From the NCBI GenBank assembly GCA_044448685.1, contig JBIOHC010000013.1, positions 408-64,407 of the forward strand: a stretch of DNA of 64,000 nt, read 5' to 3'. How positions within the stretch are numbered: position 1 is the stretch's first letter; each line of letters begins with the position of its first letter. Under the pieces are notes generated by a model, which saw only the letters and a program-made list of their open reading frames with translations, ran no database searches and was not told where the DNA came from. Below, one piece after another: positions 1-9,288 of the stretch. The position numbers and the translations under genes are program-made. The DNA is from Bacteroidia bacterium (lineage in GTDB: Bacteria; Bacteroidota; Bacteroidia; Palsa-965).

Positions 1-1
1 A

Positions 2-496
2 AACCAGGCCAATTGCCCTGTTATCAGTGTTCAAACCCATGCAAAGAAGCTGGGATTCAGCAATATTGTTTTGCCAATTGACGACGCCCTCCATTCCCGA
101 CAAAAGGTATCTTATGCCATTGAGCTGGCTAAAAAATATGCATCAAAAATTCATATCCTTGGTCTCCTCGATTCAGAAGATGATAATCCCGAAGGAAAAT
201 TCAATATAAAGCTTGATGCTGTTGAAGATGTAGTCAAGAAAGCCGGACTTCCTTTCAGCCGGAAAGTCATTCTGGGCGACCACATGGCGGCTGAAGCACT
301 GAAATATTCAGAACAAATTGGTGCGGATTTAATTGTGATTATGACCGATCATGAATCTAAACTCACCGGAATGTATATGGGCCCTTTTGCTAAACAAATT
401 GTGAACCACTCTAAAATACCTGTAATGAGCATAAGACCTGCCGAAGGGCATATGAGCTCTTACAACCCTGCAGGAGGGCCTGGTTTGAACAGCTAG
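2..496 (+). CDS. universal stress protein family (UspA-like), N-terminus outside window
   Basis: Frame is open from the window edge. Usp-type C-terminal signature (GADLIVIMTDHESKLTGMYMGPFAKQIVNHSKIPVMSIRP). Confidence 0.8.
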   Translation, partial: NQANCPVISVQTHAKKLGFSNIVLPIDDALHSRQKVSYAIELAKKYASKIHILGLLDSEDDNPEGKFNIKLDAVEDVVKKAGLPFSRKVILGDHMAAEALKYSEQIGADLIVIMTDHESKLTGMYMGPFAKQIVNHSKIPVMSIRPAEGHMSSYNPAGGPGLNS

Positions 497-517
497 AAAA
501 CTTATGCATGCAAAAAA

Positions 518-549
518 AGGGATTATCCGTATGGACGATCCCTTTTTTA
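518..549. terminator. hairpin plus T-run between convergent genes (bidirectional terminator candidate)
   Basis: AGGGAT...ATCCCT stem preceded by an A-run and followed by TTTTTATT. Lies between the usp stop and the DUF4197 stop. Confidence 0.5.
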
Positions 550-564
550 TTGTATGAGAAGTGC

Positions 565-1320
565 TTATTTCACAAGGCTGCCGAAAACTTTCTTCAGGAT
601 ATCCGTCACCTGAGCAACAGGATCCTTACGGATTTTCAATTCTTCATCGGCAATAAGTTTGAATAAACCTTCCAGTGCTTTCTTTGTCACATAATCTCCA
701 AGGTCAGGATTTTGTTTCTCCACAAATGGTAAACGGTTATAGGCTGTTACAATCGGAGTCCAGGATTTCGTCAATTCCACTTTATTAATTGCTTCATCCA
801 CAACAGGTCTGAATTGGGACATCAAGGCTGCCGTAGTCTTGTCTTTAAGATACTGGGTGGCTGCATTATCAGCGCCCTTTAATATGCTGAATCCATCCGT
901 TACTGTCATGCCCGTTATTGCATCAATAAAAATCGGAGCAGATTTCTTTGCAGCTTCTTCGGCAGCCCTGTTCAGGTTCATCTCAAATTTGTCAACCTGA
1001 TCCTTCATACCCATCTGAATCACCCGGTCTTTCACCTTTTGGGCATCCGGAGGAAAAGGAATGAATATGGCAGGGTTTTTATAATAACCATCCACCTTAG
1101 AGGCTGCCGCACCTGAATTATTGGTGCCTACCTTCAGAGCTTCTTTCAGTCCGGCAACAACATCGTCATTAGACAAGGTTGCCGTACTGTCTGTTTTCTT
1201 TCCTTCCGCCTTATCAACCAGGCTTTTACCTTCTTTTTCCAGTTTATTAAAATTAATTTGTGAACATGCCGGAAGAGCCAGAACGGACAAAACGATGACG
1301 GAAACAAATATTTTTTTCAT
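565..1320 (-). CDS. DUF4197-family secreted lipoprotein
   Basis: Lipoprotein signal (LALPAC). Sequence resembles DUF4197 proteins (GLKEALKVGT..., FIPFPPDAQKV, ATQYLKDKT). Confidence 0.75.
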   Translation of the reverse strand: MKKIFVSVIVLSVLALPACSQINFNKLEKEGKSLVDKAEGKKTDSTATLSNDDVVAGLKEALKVGTNNSGAAASKVDGYYKNPAIFIPFPPDAQKVKDRVIQMGMKDQVDKFEMNLNRAAEEAAKKSAPIFIDAITGMTVTDGFSILKGADNAATQYLKDKTTAALMSQFRPVVDEAINKVELTKSWTPIVTAYNRLPFVEKQNPDLGDYVTKKALEGLFKLIADEELKIRKDPVAQVTDILKKVFGSLVK

Positions 1321-1468
1321 AGTAGTGCAGATTAGTCTGTGGGGGCAAATTACAAATATTCTGCCAAACTTTTCACCCTGTAAATTTATAGGGTTAAAGC
1401 CTGGTCATGAACTACATAGTTTGCTTCCTTCCTAAGCGTTATCTTTACATAAATTTAATTGAACAGGT

Positions 1469-2719
1469 ATGTTAGCAGAAATCATCACTATTGGAGACGA
1501 AATACTGATCGGACAGATCGTTGATACAAACTCGGCCTGGATGGCTGCAGAGCTAAATAAAATTGGCCTGTTTGTAAACCAAATCTCTTCTGTTTCAGAC
1601 CAGAAGGCACATATTCTGCGGTCATTGGATGACGCCAGAACCCGTGCAGGAGTGGTATTGATCACAGGCGGCCTTGGACCTACCAGGGATGATATCACAA
1701 AAAACGCACTTTGTGAGTATTTCCATACGGAACTGGTTTTCAATGAAGATGTATACAGGGATGTTGAAACCATTTTTTCCCGCTATGGAAAAAGTGTCAA
1801 TCCGGTAAACAGACTTCAGGCAGAAATTCCATCCAATGCCCTCGCATTAAGTAATAAGCTGGGTACAGCCCCGGGAATGTGGTTTGAAGACAAAGGGACA
1901 GTTTTCATTTCTATGCCTGGTGTTCCCTATGAAATGAAAGGATTGATGCTTAATGAGGTTTTGCCCAGACTGAAAGCCAAGTTTACCTTACCTCATATTC
2001 TGCATAAAACGATACTGACACAGGGAATAGGGGAGTCGGACTTAGCTGCTCTGATTTCAGCCTGGGAAGACAGCCTGGATCCCTTGAAGATTAAGCTTGC
2101 CTATCTGCCTTCTCCGAATAAGGTCAGGCTCAGAATGACCGTTTCAGGGGCAGACGCACTGAAACTTGAATCGGATATTGCACGAAAAGAGGAAGAACTC
2201 AGAGCACTCATTGCTCCTTATATATATGGCTCTGATGAAGAGACCCTCCAGGAAATCATTGGTAAGGAGCTCAGACATCGGGGTGAAAAATTGGGGCTGG
2301 CTGAAAGTTGCACCGGTGGTTACATCTCCCATCTTATAACACAGGTACCGGGATGTTCTGATTATTATGAAGGGTCTGTCATTACCTATTCGTATCTTCA
2401 GAAAGAAAATTTGTTGGGTGTTCAAAGGGCTACACTTGAAAAATTCGGTGCCGTTAGCCAGGAAGTGGTTGAGGAAATGGCTCTTGGAGCTGCAAAAAGA
2501 CTCAACGTACAGCATACCATTGCCGTATCAGGAATAGCAGGGCCTTCCGGTGGAACAGCAGACAAGCCGGTCGGTACAGTTTGGGTAGGAGTAGCCTCCG
2601 GCGGAATGGTTTATTCCAGAAAATTTCTCTTCGGCCATAGCCGGGAGCGGAATATTGAAGCCTCTTCTGAAGCTGCCCTTAACATGTTGAGGAAAATTCT
2701 TATTCCTCCTTATGCATAG
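1469..2719 (+). CDS. cinA: CinA-family competence/damage-inducible protein (MoCF-binding N domain plus NMN-deamidase-type C domain)
   Basis: N-terminus MLAEIITIGDEILIGQIVDTNSAWMA and LITGGLGPTRDDITK. C-terminal CinA domain ESCTGGYISHLIT. Confidence 0.9.
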   Translation: MLAEIITIGDEILIGQIVDTNSAWMAAELNKIGLFVNQISSVSDQKAHILRSLDDARTRAGVVLITGGLGPTRDDITKNALCEYFHTELVFNEDVYRDVETIFSRYGKSVNPVNRLQAEIPSNALALSNKLGTAPGMWFEDKGTVFISMPGVPYEMKGLMLNEVLPRLKAKFTLPHILHKTILTQGIGESDLAALISAWEDSLDPLKIKLAYLPSPNKVRLRMTVSGADALKLESDIARKEEELRALIAPYIYGSDEETLQEIIGKELRHRGEKLGLAESCTGGYISHLITQVPGCSDYYEGSVITYSYLQKENLLGVQRATLEKFGAVSQEVVEEMALGAAKRLNVQHTIAVSGIAGPSGGTADKPVGTVWVGVASGGMVYSRKFLFGHSRERNIEASSEAALNMLRKILIPPYA

Positions 2720-2804
2720 CAGTTAATAAACAGAATGATGCGAATAATCAAAGAGACGGAGTAAGCATTGGAAAACATTTTATCTTTGAAGTATTCGTAA
2801 TAAC

Positions 2805-4214
2805 ATGAACTCCGAAAAAAATAAATCGCATGAACCTTTCCTGTTGGTCCTGGGTGCGCTTACCATCCTGCTGATCTTTTCATTTGCACCTTTCCACTTT
2901 CTGGCAGGTTCGTTCGAAATCCATCCAGTAAATATTCTTGCCGACATTTCGGCGGCAAACGATTCCACACGGATCAAGCCCTATCAGGTAATTAAAACTT
3001 CAGCGGACAGTTCATCCGATAAGAAAATTCAGGAACAAGCCCATCTTGAAATTCCGATCGACCAGTATCCGGGAATCATTCAATTCGGTACGGACAGTAC
3101 CGGCGGGCTCCGTTCTTTTTTCATTGCCCTGAACAAGCTTGGTAAAGGAAAAAAGAAGGTCCGTATCGCTTATTTTGGAGACTCTATGATAGAAGGAGAC
3201 CTTATTACTCAGGATTTCAGAAGCCTGCTACAGGATAAGTTTGGTGGAGATGGTGTTGGATTTATGCCGGTAACAAGTATAGTCGCCGGATTCCGGCAAA
3301 GTATCATTCATTCCTTTTCTCCAAACTGGAAAGACCTGACATTGCTTGATGCCGTATCCGCAGAGCATGGTCTTGGTATTACCGGACACACTTTTATCCC
3401 GTATTATTCTTCCTCTGAAAAAGACTCCTTTTCTTCCGGTAATGAAAGCTGGGTAAAATATACAGCGGTGGGAAGAAAACGCCTCAACCGTTTCGGCTCT
3501 GTCAGGCTGTTCTACGGCAAATCAGATGCAGGCAATTCCGTCTCCCTGAACCAAAGCAAATCAATCACATTGAGTGGCACTTCCCTTGTCAATGAAGTTT
3601 GTCTGTATCCCAATGCAGTGCAAGGCTTCAAAGCGACATTCAATTGCGACGCACCTTTAAATGTGTATGGATTTACAATGGAAAGTGACAGTGGTGTGGT
3701 ACTTGATAATCTTTCCTTCCGGGGCAATTCAGGCCTGCCCTTAACTAAAATGCCTTTTACGGTCCTTTCCGGCCTTAATAAATACCTGAATTATGATCTC
3801 ATTATTCTGCATTATGGAGTAAATGTGGTCAATGAAAAAGTGCGGGATTACAGCTGGTATGAAAAAGGTATGACGGAAGTAGTCAGACACCTTCAAAACT
3901 GTTTTCCGAATGCCAGTATTCTGATTATAGGAGCAGGCGACAAATCAACCCGTGTAGAAGGACAATACATAACCGATCCGTCTATCCCAGTTGTTGTTGA
4001 AGCTCAGAGAAGGGTGGCAAAAAATACACATACTGCATTTTGGAACTTCTATGAAGCCATGGGAGGAGAAGGTTCTATGATTAAATGGGTGAAAGGGGAT
4101 ACTATTTTTGCCAATACCGACTATACGCATTTCAATTCGAGAGGAGCCCGGAAAGTGGGAAATTTATTATATAATTATCTGGTAGGTGAATTCAAAAAGA
4201 CAGCAAAATTGTAA
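2805..4214 (+). CDS. membrane-anchored SGNH/GDSL-type hydrolase-fold protein
   Basis: N-terminal TM helix. Block I YFGDSMIEGD and block V DYTHF (D-x-x-H). Directly upstream of a second SGNH gene and an MBOAT gene. Confidence 0.6.
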   Translation: MNSEKNKSHEPFLLVLGALTILLIFSFAPFHFLAGSFEIHPVNILADISAANDSTRIKPYQVIKTSADSSSDKKIQEQAHLEIPIDQYPGIIQFGTDSTGGLRSFFIALNKLGKGKKKVRIAYFGDSMIEGDLITQDFRSLLQDKFGGDGVGFMPVTSIVAGFRQSIIHSFSPNWKDLTLLDAVSAEHGLGITGHTFIPYYSSSEKDSFSSGNESWVKYTAVGRKRLNRFGSVRLFYGKSDAGNSVSLNQSKSITLSGTSLVNEVCLYPNAVQGFKATFNCDAPLNVYGFTMESDSGVVLDNLSFRGNSGLPLTKMPFTVLSGLNKYLNYDLIILHYGVNVVNEKVRDYSWYEKGMTEVVRHLQNCFPNASILIIGAGDKSTRVEGQYITDPSIPVVVEAQRRVAKNTHTAFWNFYEAMGGEGSMIKWVKGDTIFANTDYTHFNSRGARKVGNLLYNYLVGEFKKTAKL

Positions 4215-5448
4215 TCGGCAGCTATTCGCAGCACTGCTCATTTTCATCCGTATTATACATCTCCAGGCACAGGTTCCGGACATAGACTCTTTAGTCAGGC
4301 GGTATGCATTTATCCATCCGGAGCTGAATTTGATTCACAACGACAGCCTTTCCATGAAAGCATTTTACAAAAAACTTTCGGATTTGAAAAGCGGGAAAAG
4401 AACCCGGATAAATATCGTGCATATAGGCGATTCTCATATACAGGCAGACTTATTCTCCGGAACAGTCCGCCAGCTCATACAGATGGACTTTGGAAATTCA
4501 GGCAGGGGATTCATTTTTCCATACCGCGTTGCCAAATCGAATGAGCCATCCAGCTACAAAACAACCAGCAATGTTAAATGGGAAAGCAAGCGAAATGTTT
4601 TTCCGGATCAGCGTCTGCCTATCGGGGTCGGTGGTTTCACGATCGAGACCAAAGACACCAATGCAAATCTCTCTTTATTGGTAAGGAATCAGGGTAAGCT
4701 GGATTACAGCTTTAACAAATTTTCCCTGTTTCATGAAAAAGGGCTTGGAAATTTCAGCTTTGTTGTCTGCGACAGCCTGAATTGCAGGATAGGTGAGCTC
4801 GATGCAGGAGGAACAGAAATAAATAACTATGTATCGGTAGCACAATTCTCTACTCCCATGCACCAGCTCATGATACGTTGCAATTCAAAGGATACCGGTT
4901 GCTCCCGCATATATGGAATGCTGCTGGAGAATGGAAACCCCGGAGTATTGTATAGTATGATAGGTGTTAACGGGGCTGAGTTCAGGCATTACAATCTGAG
5001 TGAGCATTTTCAGGAACAACTGGCCTATTTGCAGCCTGACCTGATAATCATATCAATGGGCACCAATGAAGGTTTCAGTGGCTCTTTTGATAAGGAACTT
5101 TTTGAACGGAACATGGATACCCTGATTAGCCGGCTAAGGGTCCGGAATCCTCAGGCTGAAATACTGCTCACCACTCCAGGCGATTCATTCCGAAAATCAC
5201 GCAAAGGAAGGGTTAAGAACCCGAATATGACTGTTGCACGAAATACAGTGATTGATTATGCAGAAAATCATTCCTGTGCATGGTGGGATTTATATGCCAT
5301 TATGGGAGGGTATGGATCTATGGCAAAATGGTACCTGGCTCATCTGGCAGCACGCGACCGGGTTCATTTTTCCGGAACAGGCTATGTAATTCAGGGAGGG
5401 TTGTTTTACAAAGCCATTAAACAAGGCTTTAAAAGGAATATTAAATAG
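4186..5448 (+). CDS. secreted SGNH/GDSL-type hydrolase-fold protein
   Basis: Signal-like N-terminus. Block I HIGDSHIQAD, GxNE (MGTNEG), and block V DRVHF. Overlaps the preceding gene by 29 nt, so the start is uncertain. Confidence 0.6.
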   Translation: MNSKRQQNCNRQLFAALLIFIRIIHLQAQVPDIDSLVRRYAFIHPELNLIHNDSLSMKAFYKKLSDLKSGKRTRINIVHIGDSHIQADLFSGTVRQLIQMDFGNSGRGFIFPYRVAKSNEPSSYKTTSNVKWESKRNVFPDQRLPIGVGGFTIETKDTNANLSLLVRNQGKLDYSFNKFSLFHEKGLGNFSFVVCDSLNCRIGELDAGGTEINNYVSVAQFSTPMHQLMIRCNSKDTGCSRIYGMLLENGNPGVLYSMIGVNGAEFRHYNLSEHFQEQLAYLQPDLIIISMGTNEGFSGSFDKELFERNMDTLISRLRVRNPQAEILLTTPGDSFRKSRKGRVKNPNMTVARNTVIDYAENHSCAWWDLYAIMGGYGSMAKWYLAHLAARDRVHFSGTGYVIQGGLFYKAIKQGFKRNIK

Positions 5449-5454
5449 GCTATC

Positions 5455-6942
5455 GTGCACATAGACCTTCATAAACTATTCGAGTCACTGGTCTACAACC
5501 CCAAAGACCCTCTTCTGTTCAACAGCGGATTTTTCCTGTTTTTCTTTTTCGGCTTCCTTCTCTTTTACCAATTGGTTTATAAGCGAAAACTCACCCGTGT
5601 TATCCTTTTTACACTATTTTCCCTCTATTTCTTTTATAAAGCCTGTGGTTTTTATTTCCTTCTTATCATACTTTCTGCCGTTGTTGATTTCAATCTCTCC
5701 AACTGGATTCACCGTATCGGCCCCTCGGCTAAGAAAAAAATTCTCTTAGGTTTCAGTATCGTAATAAACCTGGGTCTCCTGTTTTATTTTAAGTATACTG
5801 ACTTTTTTATTAATATACTCAATGAAACAACAGGAGGAACGATTCAACCCTTGCATCTTATTTTGCCGATAGGAATTTCATTTTACACATTTGAAAATCT
5901 AAGCTATACCATTGATGTGTACCGGAGGCATTTCAAGCCTGTAAAAAGTTTCTGGGACTATTGCTTTTTTCTTTCCTTTTTTCCAAAGCTGGTTATGGGT
6001 CCTATTGTAAGGGCTTCCGATTTTATTCCTCAGATTCGCCAGGATATTATCATTACAAAGGATGATATTGCAAAGGGTCTGTATCTGATTCTTGGAGGCT
6101 TGTTTAAGAAAGCGGTCATCTCAGACTATATCTATGTCAATTATGTGGAGTATATTTTCAATGATCCTGCCCGTCACAGCGGTATAGAATGTCTTTTCGG
6201 GGTGTATGGGTATGCGCTTGTTATATATTGCGATTTTTCAGGGTACAGTGATATGGCAATAGGTATGGCCAAATGGATGGGATTCCGGATTCCAGCTAAC
6301 TTTGATTCACCCTATCAAAGTACCAGTATTACTGAATTCTGGAGGCGGTGGCATATTTCCCTTTCTTCCTGGCTACGCGACTACCTTTATATTCCCTTAG
6401 GAGGGAACCGCAAGGGTAAATTCCGTCAGTATCTTAATTTATTCGCAACCATGCTCCTGGGAGGGCTGTGGCATGGAGCGAGTTGGAATTTTATTCTCTG
6501 GGGTGGAATGCATGGTGCAGCACTTGCTGTTGACAAGATGAGAATGGAAGTGTTCGGGCAGGTTAAAAAAGCACGCTCAGCACTGTGGGATAAACTTCTC
6601 AAAGTTTTGGGATTCCTTATTACCTTTCATTTTGTTTGCTTCTGCTGGATATGGTTCAAAGCCGATAGTTTTGAAAAAGCCAGAATCATCCTTAATCAGC
6701 TGTTCTATAATTTTGACGCAGCCGCATTTCAACCACTTATCAGCAATTACAAAACAGTATTCGGGATGATGGCACTCGCCTTTATCCTCCATGCATTACC
6801 CCAAAAGGCCGAACTTTTTACTCAGAAAATACTTGGAGGCATGTCTGTTCTTGGCAGAATAGCTGTTCTGACCCTGGTTATATGGCTTGTAATGCAGGTA
6901 GGTACGGCAGAGAGGGTAATGCCTATATATCTGCAATTTTGA
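5455..6942 (+). CDS. MBOAT-family membrane O-acyltransferase (AlgI/PatA/DltB-like)
   Basis: Polytopic membrane protein with the MBOAT signature FWRRWHISLSSWLRDYLYIPLGGNR and GGLWHGASW. GTG start in the ORF track. Confidence 0.85.
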   Translation: MHIDLHKLFESLVYNPKDPLLFNSGFFLFFFFGFLLFYQLVYKRKLTRVILFTLFSLYFFYKACGFYFLLIILSAVVDFNLSNWIHRIGPSAKKKILLGFSIVINLGLLFYFKYTDFFINILNETTGGTIQPLHLILPIGISFYTFENLSYTIDVYRRHFKPVKSFWDYCFFLSFFPKLVMGPIVRASDFIPQIRQDIIITKDDIAKGLYLILGGLFKKAVISDYIYVNYVEYIFNDPARHSGIECLFGVYGYALVIYCDFSGYSDMAIGMAKWMGFRIPANFDSPYQSTSITEFWRRWHISLSSWLRDYLYIPLGGNRKGKFRQYLNLFATMLLGGLWHGASWNFILWGGMHGAALAVDKMRMEVFGQVKKARSALWDKLLKVLGFLITFHFVCFCWIWFKADSFEKARIILNQLFYNFDAAAFQPLISNYKTVFGMMALAFILHALPQKAELFTQKILGGMSVLGRIAVLTLVIWLVMQVGTAERVMPIYLQF

Positions 6943-6959
6943 GCAGAAATTCCTATTTT

Positions 6960-6991
6960 TTTGGCTGATTCAATTAATTTTTGTTTCTTTG
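6960..6991 (+). promoter_or_regulatory. Bacteroidota-type promoter candidate for rpmB (TTTG ... TTtcTTTG)
   Basis: TTTG at 6960-6963 and TTTCTTTG at 6984-6991, followed by CAACCC. The same extended motif recurs upstream of rpmG. Confidence 0.4.
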
Positions 6992-7035
6992 CAACCCTGT
7001 TTTAGAATACTTAAGCGCATTAAAAACGAATTGCC

Positions 7036-7275
7036 ATGTCAAAAATATGTGAACTTACCGGGAAAAAGGCCATCACTGGACACCAGGTTTCCTTTTCAAA
7101 CCGCAAGACTAAAAGAAAATTCAATGTTAACCTGAAGGTTAAAACATTCTTTATACCAGAAACCGGTGAAACCATCACTTTAAAGGTCTCCACCTCTGCA
7201 TTGCGTAATGTGACAAAGAACGGTATTTTCGCTTGTCTGAAAGAAGCAAGGGAAAAAGGTTATACAACCAAATAA
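7036..7275 (+). CDS. rpmB: 50S ribosomal protein L28
   Basis: MSKICELTGKKAITGHQVSFSNRKTKRKFNVNL is a typical L28 sequence, and the length is 79 aa. Confidence 0.95.
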   Translation: MSKICELTGKKAITGHQVSFSNRKTKRKFNVNLKVKTFFIPETGETITLKVSTSALRNVTKNGIFACLKEAREKGYTTK

Positions 7276-7293
7276 TTGCACTCCTATTTTCTG

Positions 7294-7334
7294 AAAAACG
7301 TTGCTAACTTCGTGTGGCAACGTTTTTCTTTTGT
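7294..7334 (+). terminator. rho-independent terminator after rpmB
   Basis: 11-bp perfect stem AAAAACGTTGC / GCAACGTTTTT followed by a T-rich tail. Confidence 0.7.
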
Positions 7335-7338
7335 ACTT

Positions 7339-8748
7339 ATGTTACGTACCGGATTCCTGTTTTTCGTAAATTTCATGTCTCTTGCTCTTTATTCTCAGAG
7401 CGATAAATTCCGATACGATTCAGATTTATTAAGTAAGGAATTTCATGCAGGGCGCAGGAATGCCCTGCGTGCCCTAATGCCCGACAGCAGTGTTGCCGTT
7501 TTCTTTGCCAACCCGGAACGTAACCGTTCCAATGATGTGGATTATCAATACAGTCAGGATCCTGATTTTTATTACCTCAGCGGATATCCTGAACCGAATG
7601 CATTACTTTTCATTTTTAAGGAAAAAGTTCAGATTGATTCTGTTTATACGAATGAACTGCTCTTTGTACAGGAAAGAAACCCTTACCGGGAAAGCTGGAA
7701 CGGTCGAAGACTAGGTATAGAAGGGGTTAGAAAAGAGCTGGGGTTTGCGCATGCATTACTCAATTCCCAATTTGCCGATCTTTCCATGGGTTTTCCCCGA
7801 TTCCATAAGATTTATTGTATCGAGCCCAAAGACGATATCCGGGATGATAAGAATGACAAAGGAGACCTGTTCAGTCTGGTGAAACATTTCAGAAACAAGA
7901 CTAATTCCCTGAATACAAAAGATAACTATGCCCTTGTCCAGTTCATGGCTGGATTGAGAGAAGTAAAAACACCGGAAGAGATGAAGCTACTCCGTAAAGC
8001 TGTGCGGATCAGCTGTGAGTCACATGCTGTCCTCATGCACTCTCTGGATACGAGCATGACAGAGTATCAGGCACAGGCTGTTATTGAATATGGGTTCAAA
8101 GCAAGGGGGTCTGAATATCCGGGATATCCGAGCATTGTTGGAGCAGGGGAAAACAGTTGTATCCTGCATTATATAGAAAACAGGAGACATTTTAAGACTA
8201 ACGACATCCTCGTTCTCGATGCGGGGGCCGAATACCATGGATACACAGCAGATATCACACGATCTTTGCCGGTAAACGGACATTTCAGTCCGGAACAACG
8301 CCTGATTTATGATATTGTTTACGATGCACAGGCTGCCGGAATCAATGCCTGTATGGAAGGAAATGAATTCAGGGCAGCACATAAAGCCGCTTTCAATGTT
8401 ATATCACGCAGAATGAAGGACTTGGGGATAATCAAAAATGAACTTGAAGCTATGAAATATTTTTTTCATGGCACATCGCATTACCTGGGCCTGGATGTAC
8501 ATGATGCAGGGCTTTATGGTAAGCTTAAGCCCGGTAATGTAATTACGGTTGAGCCTGGGATATATATCCCTGAAGGATCTGATTGCGACAAAAAATGGTG
8601 GAATATAGGGATCAGGATAGAGGATGATATACTCATTACAAGCGGCAAGCCGGAAAATCTTAGTGCCTCCCTGCCTTCAAAGGCTGAAGAAATTGAGAGA
8701 ATAATGAGGGAAAAACAAGTATTTCCCTTCAAGCCGGCCGAAAAGTAA
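7339..8748 (+). CDS. Xaa-Pro aminopeptidase (M24B family, AMP_N plus peptidase domains)
   Basis: M24 metal-ligand context HGTSHYLGLDVHD, VEPGIYIP, IRIEDD. The ATG at 7339 gives a signal-like N-terminus. The ORF-track start at 7276 is a TTG inside the rpmB terminator. Confidence 0.85.
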   Translation: MLRTGFLFFVNFMSLALYSQSDKFRYDSDLLSKEFHAGRRNALRALMPDSSVAVFFANPERNRSNDVDYQYSQDPDFYYLSGYPEPNALLFIFKEKVQIDSVYTNELLFVQERNPYRESWNGRRLGIEGVRKELGFAHALLNSQFADLSMGFPRFHKIYCIEPKDDIRDDKNDKGDLFSLVKHFRNKTNSLNTKDNYALVQFMAGLREVKTPEEMKLLRKAVRISCESHAVLMHSLDTSMTEYQAQAVIEYGFKARGSEYPGYPSIVGAGENSCILHYIENRRHFKTNDILVLDAGAEYHGYTADITRSLPVNGHFSPEQRLIYDIVYDAQAAGINACMEGNEFRAAHKAAFNVISRRMKDLGIIKNELEAMKYFFHGTSHYLGLDVHDAGLYGKLKPGNVITVEPGIYIPEGSDCDKKWWNIGIRIEDDILITSGKPENLSASLPSKAEEIERIMREKQVFPFKPAEK

Positions 8749-8755
8749 GCAGTTA

Positions 8756-8787
8756 TTTTGCTGATTATTAAAAAAAAGCTACATTTG
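8756..8787 (+). promoter_or_regulatory. Bacteroidota-type promoter candidate for rpmG (TTTG ... TAcaTTTG)
   Basis: TTTTG at 8756-8760 and TACATTTG at 8780-8787 with 19-bp spacing, followed by CAACCC as upstream of rpmB. Confidence 0.45.
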
Positions 8788-8874
8788 CAACCCGTTTTAT
8801 GCTAACCGGCTTTACAAAAAGCTTTAAAACAATTGATAATCAGGGAGTATACACGGGTTAATTTACGATAAGAC

Positions 8875-9057
8875 ATGGCAAAGAAAGGCAGTCGGATCCA
8901 GGTGATCCTCGAATGTACAGAACACAAGGAAAGCGGTAAGCCCGGAACTTCCCGGTATATCACTACCAAGAACAAAAAGAACGATCCTGACAGGATGGAA
9001 CTGAAGAAATTCAACCCTATTCTGAAAAAAATGACCGTTCATAAAGAAATCAAATAA
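8875..9057 (+). CDS. rpmG: 50S ribosomal protein L33
   Basis: [18 protein letters not shown]...[10 protein letters not shown] is a typical L33 sequence, and the length is 60 aa. Confidence 0.95.
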   Translation: MAKKGSRIQVILECTEHKESGKPGTSRYITTKNKKNDPDRMELKKFNPILKKMTVHKEIK

Positions 9058-9069
9058 TATACCTGACCC

Positions 9070-9222
9070 ATGGCAAAGAAAGTTGTAGCAACATTAAAAA
9101 CAGGTGAAGGAAGACAGTTCACCCGTGTGATTAAAATGGTGAAATCACCTAAAGGTTCTTACTTTTTCAAGGAAGAAGTCGTGCATAACGACCATATCAA
9201 GGATTTCCTTGCTTCTAAATAA
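9070..9222 (+). CDS. DUF4295-family small protein (50 aa), below the ORF-track length cut-off
   Basis: My own translation gives MAKKVVATLKTGEGRQFTRVIKMVKSPKGSYFFKEEVVHNDHIKDFLASK. It sits in the conserved position right after rpmG seen in Bacteroidota. Confidence 0.8.
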   Translation: MAKKVVATLKTGEGRQFTRVIKMVKSPKGSYFFKEEVVHNDHIKDFLASK

Positions 9223-9244
9223 GGTATGATTATTGAACAGGTTT

Positions 9245-9280
9245 AAAGCTTCTCTTCAAAAAAGAGGAGCTTTTATATTT
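9245..9280 (+). terminator. rho-independent terminator after rpmG-DUF4295
   Basis: 11-bp stem AAAGCTTCTCT / AGAGGAGCTTT with one G-T pair, a 7-nt loop and a T-rich tail. Confidence 0.65.
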
Positions 9281-9288
9281 ACTTCCCT

